Source: Candidatus Cloacimonadales bacterium
GTDB taxonomy: Bacteria > Cloacimonadota > Cloacimonadia > Cloacimonadales > JAFGVF01
Reading direction: 5' to 3'
Assembly: GCA_963662585.1 (NCBI GenBank)
Contig: OY759729.1
Location: 576,001 to 640,000 of the forward strand
DNA length: 64,000 bases
Shown in pieces: positions 28,720 to 38,878 of the stretch. The notes beneath the pieces were generated by a model. It was given only the letters and a program-made list of their open reading frames with translations. It made no database searches and had not been told where the DNA came from. Made by a program: the position numbers and the translations under genes. The first letter of the stretch is position 1. Each line of letters begins with the position of its first letter.

Positions 28720-29652
28720 TTTCGCAGTCACCCCTAACTGGGGTTACGGACCTTTAGTCCGTGAATCTTAAATTATGGAATGGAAGCGTCCCTGCTTCCA
28801 TCAGGCTGTATTTCAGCCTGCTCTTATCTTTTCTGGCGACACGGAGGTCCCCAGTCCATAGGCCCCTGTTTCCATTAACTGGGGTTACGGACATTTAGTC
28901 CGTGAATCTTAAACTCCCCGCTTTAGTGCTGAAAGCACGCTAAAAGAGGGGTGGCTGCGAAGCAGACGGGGTGTTTTCTTCTATGGAATGGAAGCGTCCC
29001 TGCTTCCATCAGGCTGTATTTCAGCCTGCTCTTATCTTTTCTGGCGACACGGAGGTCCCCAGTCCATAGGCCCCTGCTTCCATTAACTGGGGTTACGGAC
29101 CTTTAGTCCGTGAATCTTAAATTATGGAATGGAAGCGTCCCTGCTTCCATCAGGCTGTATTTCAGCCTGCTCTTATCTTTTCTGGCGACACGGAGGTCCC
29201 CAGTCCATAGGCCCCTGTTTCCATTAACTGGGGTTACGGACCTTTAGTCCGTGAATCTTAAATTATGGAATGGAAGCTTTAGTGCTCTCTCCCTGAAATC
29301 TATTCTCTTTCAGGAAGATTCAGGAAAACAAGTTTTCCTGCTGGCGACGCGGAGGTCCCCAGTCCATAGGTCCCTGCTTCCATCAGGCTGTATTTCAGCC
29401 TGCTCTTATCTTTTCTGGCGACACGGAGGTCCCCAGTCCATAGGCCCCTGCTTCTTACCTTTTCTGGCGACACGGAGGTCCCCAGTCAATAAGCCCCTGT
29501 TTCCATTAACTGGGAATGCGGGCATCTTGCCCGTGACCAGCAGTTAATGCTGGTCTTGAAAGATTTTCCTCCTCAAGGAGGGGGATTTGTTGGGGCGTAT
29601 TGCCATACACCTTCCCAATTAATGCCTGCAGGATGCAGGCGTTCCCAGTTAT
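28720..29652. repeat. Large REP/BIME-like mosaic 5 with 141-bp tandem units
   Basis: TAACTGGGGTTACGGAC..GTCCGTGAATCTTAA starts at 28735, 28876, 29084 and 29225 (spacings 141, 208, 141); further palindromic modules continue to 29652. Confidence 0.93.
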
Positions 29653-29681
29653 AAGCAGTCTCTTATCTTCTTTATGTAATT

Positions 29682-30581
29682 TTAATTCTGACTACTAATG
29701 AGTTTCTTCTCAACGCTTTTCCATCTTTTATGTACCCAGAACCAAAGTTCAGGATATCTGGTAATATTTTCAGCAAGAGAGTTATTTAGTTTAGTCATTA
29801 CTTCAAAAGCAGTGAGTTGTTCTTCTTGAGGATAGATAATTTTCTCAAATCTAAAGATGTGTTTTCCCTCTTTAGTTCTGATATGATAAGCAGGCATAAT
29901 GGGTAAATTAGCTTTAAGGGCAATTTTTGAGATACCCATAAAGACAGATGCATCATGATTCATAAAATTCATAATCTCACCATTCTTTCTGGCATCTTGA
30001 TCATGAAGAAAGAAAATCATTCTATCATCTTTTATTGCTTTAAGAATGCCTTTTAAAGCTCCCTTTTGATAAATAACATCTAAACCATGTTCTGCTCTAA
30101 ATTTTACGAAATACTCATCAAAAAAGGGATTTCTCTGTTTTTTAGCAATAGCACTAAGTTTGATTTTTCTACTTAGAAGATAATAGCCTAAAATCTCCCA
30201 GTTCCCAAAATGACCAGTTGCAATAAGCACACTCTTACCCAGATTAATAGCTTCTTCTATATTTTCAATACCTTCGATGCTAGCATTATTGACTATTTTA
30301 TCTTTATCTTCTTTAAAAATCTCCAGAATCATTAAGCCATAGTGTTGGTACATTCTTTTGGTATAAGTTAAAACTTCTTGATGAGTAAGGTTTGGTAAGG
30401 CTCTCTTCATTTGGCGAATAACTAAATCTTTTCTAATACCTAGTCTATAACCAATATTAACAGAAACAAAGTTGAGGAAATTCTTAAGACTTTTTTCACT
30501 CATAGTATCAATCAGCCATATCATAAAAGATAAAACTATTTTTTCAATACTATTCTTACGCTCTTTTTTCTTATTTTTCAA
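29682..30581 (-). CDS. Lipid A biosynthesis lauroyl/myristoyl acyltransferase family (LpxL-like)
   Basis: TGHFGNWE, HDQD and PELWFWVHKRWK motifs. Confidence 0.88.
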   Translation of the reverse strand: MKNKKKERKNSIEKIVLSFMIWLIDTMSEKSLKNFLNFVSVNIGYRLGIRKDLVIRQMKRALPNLTHQEVLTYTKRMYQHYGLMILEIFKEDKDKIVNNASIEGIENIEEAINLGKSVLIATGHFGNWEILGYYLLSRKIKLSAIAKKQRNPFFDEYFVKFRAEHGLDVIYQKGALKGILKAIKDDRMIFFLHDQDARKNGEIMNFMNHDASVFMGISKIALKANLPIMPAYHIRTKEGKHIFRFEKIIYPQEEQLTAFEVMTKLNNSLAENITRYPELWFWVHKRWKSVEKKLISSQN

Positions 30582-31509
30582 AATTAGAATCCTCTACTAT
30601 CGATATAACACTATTTTTAGTATGCTTCCTAGTCTGATTTACTATTAACTCACCTAATAAGCCAATAGAGAAAAATTGAATACCTACTAAAATTAGGAGA
30701 ATTGAGAGGAAGAGTGCAGGTCTATTATAGAGAGGCATCCCCATAGTATATTTCATTATGGAGAGATAGAGTCCGAGAATAGTACCAAAAAATGTAAATA
30801 TTGAACCGATACCACCAAATAGATAAAGAGGAGAACGATTAAATTTAGTAATAACTTTTACAGTGAGTAAATCTAAGAAGCCTCTAAGATAGCGTTCAAT
30901 ACCATATTTTGATTTCCCGTATTCCCGCATCCTGTGATGCACTGGTATTTCTCCGACCTTAAAGCCCTTTGCATCGGCTAGAGCAGGGACATAACGATGC
31001 ATCTCACCGTAGATATCAAGTTCTTTCACTAACTCGCTTGAGTAGGCTTTAAAGCCACAGTTGTAGTCATTAAGCTTCAATTTGAAAGTTCGGGAAGTAA
31101 CCCAGTTGAATAGTTTTGAAGGAAGTCTTTTGTTAATAGGGTCTCTTCTTTTAACTTTCCAACCTGTAACCAAGTCGTAACCCTCTTCCATCTTAGTAAG
31201 AAAGTTCTTGATTTCAATAGGATTATCTTGCAAGTCAGCATCCATAGTGAAGATAACCTGGCCAGTGACTCTTTCAAATCCAACTTGAAGAGCATAAGCT
31301 TTACCAAAATTCTTTCTAAATTTAATAACTTTCACTTTCTCGTCTTTTGTAGATATATTCTTCATTACAGAATAAGTTTTATCAGTGCTTCCATCATCAA
31401 TGAAGATTATCTCATAATCATGGGGTGAACAATTAGCAACAATCTCTTGATAGAGTTGTGGTAAGGATTCTTCTTCATTTAAGGCAGGAATTACAAAAGA
31501 TAATTTCAT
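30571..31509 (-). CDS. GT2 glycosyltransferase, ArnC/GtrB-like polyprenyl-phosphate sugar transferase
   Basis: VIPALNEE, IDDGSTD, NFGKA, MDADLQD and DYNCGFKAY; two C-terminal TM helices. Confidence 0.92.
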   Translation of the reverse strand: MKLSFVIPALNEEESLPQLYQEIVANCSPHDYEIIFIDDGSTDKTYSVMKNISTKDEKVKVIKFRKNFGKAYALQVGFERVTGQVIFTMDADLQDNPIEIKNFLTKMEEGYDLVTGWKVKRRDPINKRLPSKLFNWVTSRTFKLKLNDYNCGFKAYSSELVKELDIYGEMHRYVPALADAKGFKVGEIPVHHRMREYGKSKYGIERYLRGFLDLLTVKVITKFNRSPLYLFGGIGSIFTFFGTILGLYLSIMKYTMGMPLYNRPALFLSILLILVGIQFFSIGLLGELIVNQTRKHTKNSVISIVEDSNFEK

Positions 31510-31517
31510 TTTATCTC

Positions 31518-32705
31518 CTATTTTAAGAAATCAAAAAATACTTTAGTTGAGAGTTTTGCAAAGAGAGCAGGTCTTTTAACAATTAAAGCTTTAAAGATAT
31601 TTAACACATTCATCTTTTCTAAAGAAATATCTCTAATATAATCAAAATATTTATCTAACTTTTCATTGGAAGCACTAGTAATTTTGTTTTTAATAATCTG
31701 CTCAATTTTCTCTTTGTTATTGTTTTGGGAGTGCCATTTTTGGTTATAATTTTGGAGCTTTTTATCGTTTATTCCCTTCTTCTCAAAAGCTTTAGCGATA
31801 GTAGAACCGCATAAGAGTCCAGCAGAAATAGCAGTATCTATGCCTCCCCCGCTAATAGCGTTGGTTTGATAAGCAGCATCTCCGACAAGCATTACTCTGT
31901 CTTTAACAAGAATAGAATTAGTCTGTGTAACAGGAACTCCTCCACAAGTAAATCTAAGTGAATTAGCTTGAGGGAAATTCTCCTTTATATAATCATCAAG
32001 ATATACTTTAGCACTCTTTTCAGCTCTGGCAGGATTTACACCTAAACCCACATTTGCTGTCTTATTGCCCTTGGGGAATATCCATATGTATCCACCTGGA
32101 GCAAAGTTATTATCAAAGATAAAACTACATTCGGAATCTATTATTTTATCATCATATAATAAATATTGGGCACAAGAATCTATATCATCTAAGTTTAGTT
32201 GAGTTGATAAGCCAAACCATCTCCCCACCTTAGAATCAACGCCATCAGCACCAACTATTAACTTAGCCTTGATAGGAGAAGTATTATCTTTGATAGTAAG
32301 ATAAAATAGCTCTTCTTGTTGATTATAGCTTGCTTGAAGAACATCATGCCTTAAAAGAATCTGAGCTCCAGCATCAATAGCCTTCTTAGCTAAGAATTTA
32401 TCAAACAACTCACGGTTCAGAATTACTCCTGGCACAGAGGGTTTGATATTTATTGCCTCTTTATTGGGGGGAAGAATTACTATATGGTTAATCCGAGAAG
32501 CAATAAGAGATTCTGGGATTTCTCCAAATTCTTCAAGTGCTTTACTCATTATCCCTTCAGCACAACGAACGGGTACCCCTATTTCTCTATCTCTTTCTAA
32601 AACTACTGTTTTCAAACCTGCTTGAGCACATTTAAAAGCAGTACTTGTACCTGCTGGTCCACCACCAATTATTGCAACATCATAAATTAAATCACTCTGA
32701 AACAT
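31518..32705 (-). CDS. Geranylgeranyl reductase family, archaeal DGGGPL reductase-like
   Basis: GGGPAG, PVRCAEG, GADG.DS, APGGYIWIFPKG (YxWxFP) and VGDAA...SGGGI motifs. Confidence 0.85.
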   Translation of the reverse strand: MFQSDLIYDVAIIGGGPAGTSTAFKCAQAGLKTVVLERDREIGVPVRCAEGIMSKALEEFGEIPESLIASRINHIVILPPNKEAINIKPSVPGVILNRELFDKFLAKKAIDAGAQILLRHDVLQASYNQQEELFYLTIKDNTSPIKAKLIVGADGVDSKVGRWFGLSTQLNLDDIDSCAQYLLYDDKIIDSECSFIFDNNFAPGGYIWIFPKGNKTANVGLGVNPARAEKSAKVYLDDYIKENFPQANSLRFTCGGVPVTQTNSILVKDRVMLVGDAAYQTNAISGGGIDTAISAGLLCGSTIAKAFEKKGINDKKLQNYNQKWHSQNNNKEKIEQIIKNKITSASNEKLDKYFDYIRDISLEKMNVLNIFKALIVKRPALFAKLSTKVFFDFLK

Positions 32706-32871
32706 TTGCTATGGCTCCTAGTGGACAAGACTTCAAACATATTTGACAAGCAATGCATTTCTCTTGATTAACTTGCACCAGATACTCACTTATTTCTATT
32801 GCTAATTGCGGACAAATTGCCACACAACACCCACATCGATCACAAACTTGGGAATTAATCTCTACTCTCAT
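32692..32871 (-). CDS. 2[4Fe-4S] ferredoxin, 59 aa (absent from ORF track)
   Basis: Own translation MRVEINSQVCDRCGCCVAICPQLAIEISEYLVQVNQEKCIACQICLKSCPLGAIANVSE*: two CxxCxxCxxxCP motifs; overlaps the recJ stop and the reductase start. Confidence 0.93.
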   Translation of the reverse strand: MRVEINSQVCDRCGCCVAICPQLAIEISEYLVQVNQEKCIACQICLKSCPLGAIANVSE

Positions 32872-34423
32872 TACTATCCCGATAATCTATTACTTTGGCT
32901 TGGCCATTATTAGTTAATTGCACGACTAATTCATATAAAATATTATCTGATAATTGCTGCTTTACACCATTATCAAAAGTTAAACGATGATGATTTCCAT
33001 TAACATCATAGTTCCTGACTAATATCATAGGTTCTTGATTATCTTGACCGAAAGGTAACATGAAATCTAGCTGTTCAATTGCATCACTATCTAAGTCACT
33101 AATATTAATAATTGCATCGATATTAATTGTCTTGTTAGCATCAATCTGCGGTTTTTCTTGTTGGAAATACTCTTTATATAATTTAGTAAATAGTTCTAAA
33201 TTCTCTTTATGCATGGTAAATCCACCTGCCCTAACATGACCACCAAACTGAATCAAGGCTTCTTCACAATATTTGAAAGCTTCTAAAATATTGAAGCCAT
33301 CACTGCATCTGCCTTCGCAAATAATGATATCATCTCTTTCTTTCAGCATTATTACTGGTTCATAAAGAGTATTAACCAAGAAGGTAGCACAAGTACCTAA
33401 TAATGGACTAGTTATACGACTTTCTTGATCGAAATAGACAACACCACTTCCATCGTAATCAGCTAAAATTTCAGCAATAATAGTATTTAAACCATAAAGA
33501 TTTTGTTCATTAGCTTTTTTCTCAGATTGTATTAAAGCAAATTCATCATACTTCTCACGGTCATTAGCAATCATGAACTGCAAACCATGGTGATTCCCGC
33601 CGATATCTCTCCCATTAGCAATCATCCGATAGCTATAAGTAAGAAAATTCATCTTATCATAGTTGTTAATGATTGGATTACAGACAGATTTTAACATATC
33701 TATTGTATTTCCTGTAATTTCATCCCAGCAATCTAAAACATGACGAACAATAATCCAATTGACATCAGCCATAGGGACTCTATCAGCTAATGAGCCAACA
33801 GCAGTCCAGAAATAGTAAGAAGGTTTAACCTCTTTGCCTAACTTCTTGGCTAGCCCTCTAACTAACATTAGAGAAACTCCTACTCCAGCTACCATCTTAT
33901 AGGGATAGTTGCAGTCTTGTCTTTTGGGATTTACTACAGCACTTGCTAGAGGGATATTTTCTTCAGCAAAAAGGTGATGATCAGTAATAATTACGACGAT
34001 TCCTAAAGCTTTGATTTCTTCAATTTTATCTTTAGAAGAGATTCCGTTATCTACTGTAATAACCAAATCAGCCTTTTTCATTTTAAGATATTCTAAAAAA
34101 CTATCTTGAATACCATGATGATCCACTAATCTATTAGGTATATAATAATAGTGATTTTGAAATCCACAGCTATCGAAGAAGTCATAAAGAAGATAAGTAG
34201 AAGTTACACCATCCGGGTCGTCATGACCGAATATAACTATTCTTTCATTGTTATAAAGAGCTTGCAATATTCTCTCAATAGCAATATCTAAATCCTTTAA
34301 CAATAACTCATCTGGTAGGTCTTCTATCTTTTTTTTATAATCAGTTCTTGTCTTACCTCTGTTAGCCAAGATCTGATCAATAAAATTCTCATCACTTTCA
34401 TTATATAACCAATTTAACTTCAT
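32855..34423 (-). CDS. recJ: RecJ-like DHH family exonuclease
   Basis: GHDDPDG, TVDNG, TDHH, YPYK..AGVGV, LADRVP, FGGH..AGG and PFGQDN motifs; somewhat divergent. Confidence 0.78.
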   Translation of the reverse strand: MKLNWLYNESDENFIDQILANRGKTRTDYKKKIEDLPDELLLKDLDIAIERILQALYNNERIVIFGHDDPDGVTSTYLLYDFFDSCGFQNHYYYIPNRLVDHHGIQDSFLEYLKMKKADLVITVDNGISSKDKIEEIKALGIVVIITDHHLFAEENIPLASAVVNPKRQDCNYPYKMVAGVGVSLMLVRGLAKKLGKEVKPSYYFWTAVGSLADRVPMADVNWIIVRHVLDCWDEITGNTIDMLKSVCNPIINNYDKMNFLTYSYRMIANGRDIGGNHHGLQFMIANDREKYDEFALIQSEKKANEQNLYGLNTIIAEILADYDGSGVVYFDQESRITSPLLGTCATFLVNTLYEPVIMLKERDDIIICEGRCSDGFNILEAFKYCEEALIQFGGHVRAGGFTMHKENLELFTKLYKEYFQQEKPQIDANKTINIDAIINISDLDSDAIEQLDFMLPFGQDNQEPMILVRNYDVNGNHHRLTFDNGVKQQLSDNILYELVVQLTNNGQAKVIDYRDSNESRD

Positions 34424-34427
34424 GCAA

Positions 34428-35669
34428 TTATCCTTGTTGATTTAAATCTTCTTTTACAGGTATTTCCCTTGGGTCTTTTCTGGTATAAACTCTTCTGAAA
34501 ATATCAAAACCGGAAACTCCGATCATGAACATACTTGACCTATCTTCAATACCATGGGTATTAACATCACCTCTAATTAAATATTCAAAGGCAAAATCTA
34601 ATTTATCAATTCTAGATTTTAGAGGAAGAGAAAAACCAATAGTGGCACTCTGCTCATAAATCTTTTCATTATTATAGTCAAAAGGTAATTCTCTTAATGA
34701 AAAACCTGTTCTAATTGGTATGGTTTTAAGAAAATCTTGTCTTCCTAATTTTGGTTCATAAGCAAAACCAATCCCAACCTTCCATGCGTTATGGTAGTCT
34801 TGACCCATGAAGTTATCCCATAACTCATAATTCACATCACTAGCGACTTTAAAGACTCCAGCCCATTTCTTAGCAAGACCAAAACCAATTTTGTGTGGTA
34901 AATTAAATTCAACATTACCCATCTCTTCATCAGAGTGAATAGTGAAAAATTCCTTTTCAGCTTTGATTTCTCTACCATATTCATAGTTTGCACCTAAGGA
35001 CCAATTAGTTCCTTGCTTAAGAATTCCAGCACTGAAACCAACATTAGTAAAAGAGATTTTTGTTTTGTTCTTTGTATTAAAGACACCATTACCAGTATCT
35101 TGAATTAACTCTCTTTCACGGTGGCCGATATAAACATTAGGTCCTATACCAAAACTCCAACCTGCTGGTAGTCTATATCCATAATAGGCATCTAATTTAT
35201 AGATATATGAACTGAAAAGATTTTGCTCTATAAGAGTAAACTCTTCACCATCAATAGTGTAAGGAACTTCAAGTTCATTATCAAAATTACCTGATTTCCA
35301 AGAATTGAATTGAAAAGCAAATTTGTGTTTATCAAATGGTGCTACAATGCTAAAAAATGGAAAATCTAAAGCATTATCAGTAAAACTTGAACCATCTTCA
35401 GCTTCATATTTTACATATCCCAGTTTCAAACCAGTATAAAAATTTACAGTGTTGGCTGTATTGATTAAAGCAGGATTTCCAAAACCGTGAGATAAGCGTA
35501 AGCCATCACCTAGTCCGACATCACCCATACCTTGACTGTAGATATCATTTCCAGAATATTGGTAAGGTAATCCACTTACTGAAAAGATAGAATTACCAGC
35601 AGCTAAAATACTAATTTGCATACATAGAATTATCATTATTGTGGTCTTGAACCAACTTTTTTTAATCAT
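34428..35669 (-). CDS. Putative outer-membrane beta-barrel protein (FadL/PorV-like)
   Basis: Signal peptide, GMG.VG...NPA plug-like motif, alternating aromatic/Gly beta-strand pattern. Confidence 0.6.
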   Translation of the reverse strand: MIKKSWFKTTIMIILCMQISILAAGNSIFSVSGLPYQYSGNDIYSQGMGDVGLGDGLRLSHGFGNPALINTANTVNFYTGLKLGYVKYEAEDGSSFTDNALDFPFFSIVAPFDKHKFAFQFNSWKSGNFDNELEVPYTIDGEEFTLIEQNLFSSYIYKLDAYYGYRLPAGWSFGIGPNVYIGHRERELIQDTGNGVFNTKNKTKISFTNVGFSAGILKQGTNWSLGANYEYGREIKAEKEFFTIHSDEEMGNVEFNLPHKIGFGLAKKWAGVFKVASDVNYELWDNFMGQDYHNAWKVGIGFAYEPKLGRQDFLKTIPIRTGFSLRELPFDYNNEKIYEQSATIGFSLPLKSRIDKLDFAFEYLIRGDVNTHGIEDRSSMFMIGVSGFDIFRRVYTRKDPREIPVKEDLNQQG

Positions 35670-35775
35670 TTATCGCTCCATTTCTATTTGTCTATCTAAT
35701 AAATTAAACTACTTAACATTTGTCAATAATCTTTTTGAAAAAGAAAGTTAAGTAGCTAATTCTTGGAAAGAGCTC

Positions 35776-36801
35776 CTATTTAGCTATACTATCGAAATAT
35801 TTCTCTATTCTGACTCGTAATTTCTTTTTAAGTGATGAAACAATAGATGATTTTGACTTAGAAACTGCCTCAGCCCTATTAATACCTCCAGTTCGCCCTT
35901 TTTCATTAATAGATAAAACTGTTTGCTCATTTCTGTCTGTGATACTTAATTGAAACTCATATTTAACAAAATCTTCTTTTCTATCTAGTTCTACATCTTG
36001 ATAACTTATCTTACTATTTACCATAAGCATTGCATTATTATCTACAATATTGAAGTTCATTTCGTTAATAATCTCATTTATAATGTTAGCAATTATATCG
36101 TTTTCATCATTTTCTACATTTATTGAAAAACTAATCTGAGAAGCTATCTCTCTCATTAAAGAATTAATTTTAGGGTACCTGTTTTCAATTCCGACCATTT
36201 CATATTCCATAGGAGAAATTATGGCTAATTGATCTAATAAGGTTTGATTTTGGAAAGCAAAAATACTGGCAACTCCAAGATAAGCATATTTATGGGTATT
36301 ATCGTAAGCTGAATTGTACTTATCCATATAAAAATCAATCATTTCATTAGTTTGACTTATCTTTTCATCATAAATATCTGCAGTTCTACTTCTATGGATA
36401 TAGGCTAGAGCATAGACTTTTCCAAGATTGTCGGTATAGCTCTCTCCTATTTCAATATTTATTAAATTTTGTTCAGCACTAATAAAGATATCCTTAGTAT
36501 TTTCAGCAAAAAGTGAAACTTCATCTTCCTGGGAGCTAGATTCTAAATCTGACCAGCGTTCTGAATATTTGCTATTTGCTTTCACATCAGTTTTAAAGAT
36601 TCTAGCTACACTTCCCATAGCATCTGCTTCTGCAGATCTTCTTGTAGAACCATAACCTACTGCAGACAAATACATTCCTTCAGGATATTTTACTTTAGGA
36701 TTATCTATCCATTCAGGCTTTCCACCATTTCTCCTTGCTGAATTGGAAGAACAAGCAGCAAGAAACAAAACTATAAGTAATAAGTATATAATCTTCTTCA
36801 T
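35776..36801 (-). CDS. LPP20-family lipoprotein
   Basis: Lipobox LAAC; KPEWI...YLSAVG.G...A...A pattern. Confidence 0.7.
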   Translation of the reverse strand: MKKIIYLLLIVLFLAACSSNSARRNGGKPEWIDNPKVKYPEGMYLSAVGYGSTRRSAEADAMGSVARIFKTDVKANSKYSERWSDLESSSQEDEVSLFAENTKDIFISAEQNLINIEIGESYTDNLGKVYALAYIHRSRTADIYDEKISQTNEMIDFYMDKYNSAYDNTHKYAYLGVASIFAFQNQTLLDQLAIISPMEYEMVGIENRYPKINSLMREIASQISFSINVENDENDIIANIINEIINEMNFNIVDNNAMLMVNSKISYQDVELDRKEDFVKYEFQLSITDRNEQTVLSINEKGRTGGINRAEAVSKSKSSIVSSLKKKLRVRIEKYFDSIAK

Positions 36802-36810
36802 TTTCTTCTC

Positions 36811-38190
36811 CTATTTAAGATAATAAGATTCGATTAAATTTATCTCATTGCCTTTAACTTCATAATCATTAAAATAATCAGTATAGACAAGAACATTATA
36901 TCTATCGATATAATTCACTTTAATATTGTAATTACCTGGGGCAATATCATAGTCCCCAATATAGGCAAATCCAGGAAAGATAAAGCAAGATCTTAGATCT
37001 GCTGCTTCACTGGCTTCAGTTAGAGCTGCAGCTCCTAGTTTGGTTAGGAATCCGCCTAATTCTCCAGTTCTTTTTTCCATCTCTTTTTGAGCCATAATCG
37101 AAGCAATTCCCTTAATAACAGTTCTGGTTATTGCCCTAATATATGTCATATTGGCTTTAATTTGAAAAGTTTCTTTAGCTATATTATTAATGTCTTCAAT
37201 TTTAGCTAACTCTCCAATCTTCTTATCATTTACTTCAATTGTAATTTTACTTATTTCACTTTTCTTCTCTTTCATTCGAGGAATAGAAAATTTGAAGTAA
37301 TTACCTGCTGAAACACCAGGGAAAATGAATTGTTGTCCGTCAGCCTCTTTTCCATCATCAACAAAGACAATAACCATATTTTCAGCAGTAGCTACACGGT
37401 AAGTTAAAGGATGCTTTTCAGGGGCTAAGCCTGTGAAACTTACAAAGTTTAATTTAGTGTTTCCTGCTTTAATATCTACAAATCCAGATAAATCAGGTTT
37501 GGAAAAATTATAAATATGGGCTTGTAACTGAAAAGCTTCATCAAGATATCTATGATCAATTCTAACATCATCAAACTGCTTATCTGCACGATATAATAAC
37601 ATTCCTAAAAATCTAGCTAAAGCAGAATTATTGAATTGAATACTTTTTACATTAACCTTAATTTTACTGTCATCTGAATCATTAAGTTCATCTGCATATT
37701 TTTTATATTTATCTTCTAAAAGGTTAAGTTTAATATTTACTTTCCTAACCTCAACAAAAGCAGATTCAGACTGATTTAGATTCATATAGTTCAAAGCTTT
37801 AAAAATATTAATATAGATATCTTCATAATCTTCGCCTGCATAAGCAAAAACATTATCATTAAGCAACATTGATGAAGCAGCTCTACTCAAAGATTTAGTA
37901 TATAGATCTTCAATAGCATTTTCTGCATCAGTTAAGGCGATATTACTTTCTTGGTATTCTTGATTGTAGTGTAAAAGTACGCCTTTATATAAGTAATAAA
38001 GAACTCTATCCTTGTCTGAAAAACTCTTTTCTTTGGTATCTTCAATGATTTTTATCGCACCTAGGAAGTTTCTATTCTGTACATTTTCTAAAAGGCTCTC
38101 TTTATAAGCGTCACGGGTACGAATATTTGAACAGCCTATTAATGAAAATAATATGCTTATCAAAATCGCATTTCTAAATTTTATCATCAA
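36811..38190 (-). CDS. COG3014-like TPR lipoprotein
   Basis: Lipobox LIGC; YAGEDYE..ALNY..AFVEVRK and EAADLRS motifs; next to lpoB. Confidence 0.7.
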   Translation of the reverse strand: MMIKFRNAILISILFSLIGCSNIRTRDAYKESLLENVQNRNFLGAIKIIEDTKEKSFSDKDRVLYYLYKGVLLHYNQEYQESNIALTDAENAIEDLYTKSLSRAASSMLLNDNVFAYAGEDYEDIYINIFKALNYMNLNQSESAFVEVRKVNIKLNLLEDKYKKYADELNDSDDSKIKVNVKSIQFNNSALARFLGMLLYRADKQFDDVRIDHRYLDEAFQLQAHIYNFSKPDLSGFVDIKAGNTKLNFVSFTGLAPEKHPLTYRVATAENMVIVFVDDGKEADGQQFIFPGVSAGNYFKFSIPRMKEKKSEISKITIEVNDKKIGELAKIEDINNIAKETFQIKANMTYIRAITRTVIKGIASIMAQKEMEKRTGELGGFLTKLGAAALTEASEAADLRSCFIFPGFAYIGDYDIAPGNYNIKVNYIDRYNVLVYTDYFNDYEVKGNEINLIESYYLK

Positions 38191-38261
38191 AGCTCCTTGT
38201 GAAACATCTCGATAGTAAAAACAAAAGTAGGTAGCTTAAAAAAAACTACCTACTATAGTGT

Positions 38262-38864
38262 TTATAATTTAACTTTACCTTTTGTAACAGTCTTTTTGTG
38301 TTTCTTTTCTCCGATCCAAACTGTTTCGTTTGTCTCAGTGTCAACTAATTGGAGATTTACTTGATAAAAGATAACTCTTTTGCCATCAGCTGCATCTGTT
38401 ATAGATTTTATAGAACCTTGAAGAACAAAATCAGCACCTAACTCTTCAGCTAATCTTTTTGCAGTTTCTTCTGAAGCATAAGATTGTTGTTCTAATCTCT
38501 CTTGTCTTACTTCATCTCTTTCATCTTTACCAGCAACAAATCTTACTTTACCTGAGTTGATAAGTTCTCTCTGAATATCTTTGATAAAAGTCTCTGTTTG
38601 AATATGTTCTGATGTTAGGTTTCTAATAGTTCCTACAGTAACAACAGGTTTTTCGGACTTTTCAGAAACAAAATTCATTAACCAATTTTGAGTAACAACA
38701 TCTTTGACCATCTCTTCTGAGACTAAACGAGAATCTGTGTCATTCCATCTTCCGCTTAGGTCAATGACTTGATCAGCAGCTACACGGTTTACTTCTTTGT
38801 TAGCTGAGCACCCAACCATTAACATAATTGCCAATAAGAGAGCAATAATTATAGTTCTTTTCAT
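38262..38864 (-). CDS. lpoB: Penicillin-binding protein activator LpoB family lipoprotein
   Basis: Lipobox MVGC; DLSGRWNDTD, IRNLTSEHI, LINSGKV.FV, GADFVL.G.I and VWIG motifs. Confidence 0.82.
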   Translation of the reverse strand: MKRTIIIALLLAIMLMVGCSANKEVNRVAADQVIDLSGRWNDTDSRLVSEEMVKDVVTQNWLMNFVSEKSEKPVVTVGTIRNLTSEHIQTETFIKDIQRELINSGKVRFVAGKDERDEVRQERLEQQSYASEETAKRLAEELGADFVLQGSIKSITDAADGKRVIFYQVNLQLVDTETNETVWIGEKKHKKTVTKGKVKL

Positions 38865-38878
38865 ATTTTCCTCCGATT

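Noticed and set aside
28735..29290. Possible CRISPR array (regularly spaced 37-bp palindromic repeat)
   Set aside because: Intervening sequences are about 104 bp, identical to each other and themselves palindromic; no cas genes; the same modules are dispersed elsewhere
29251..29547. 98-aa ORF from the track
   Set aside because: Lies wholly in the repeat mosaic; the repeated peptide merely reflects DNA repeats; no RBS
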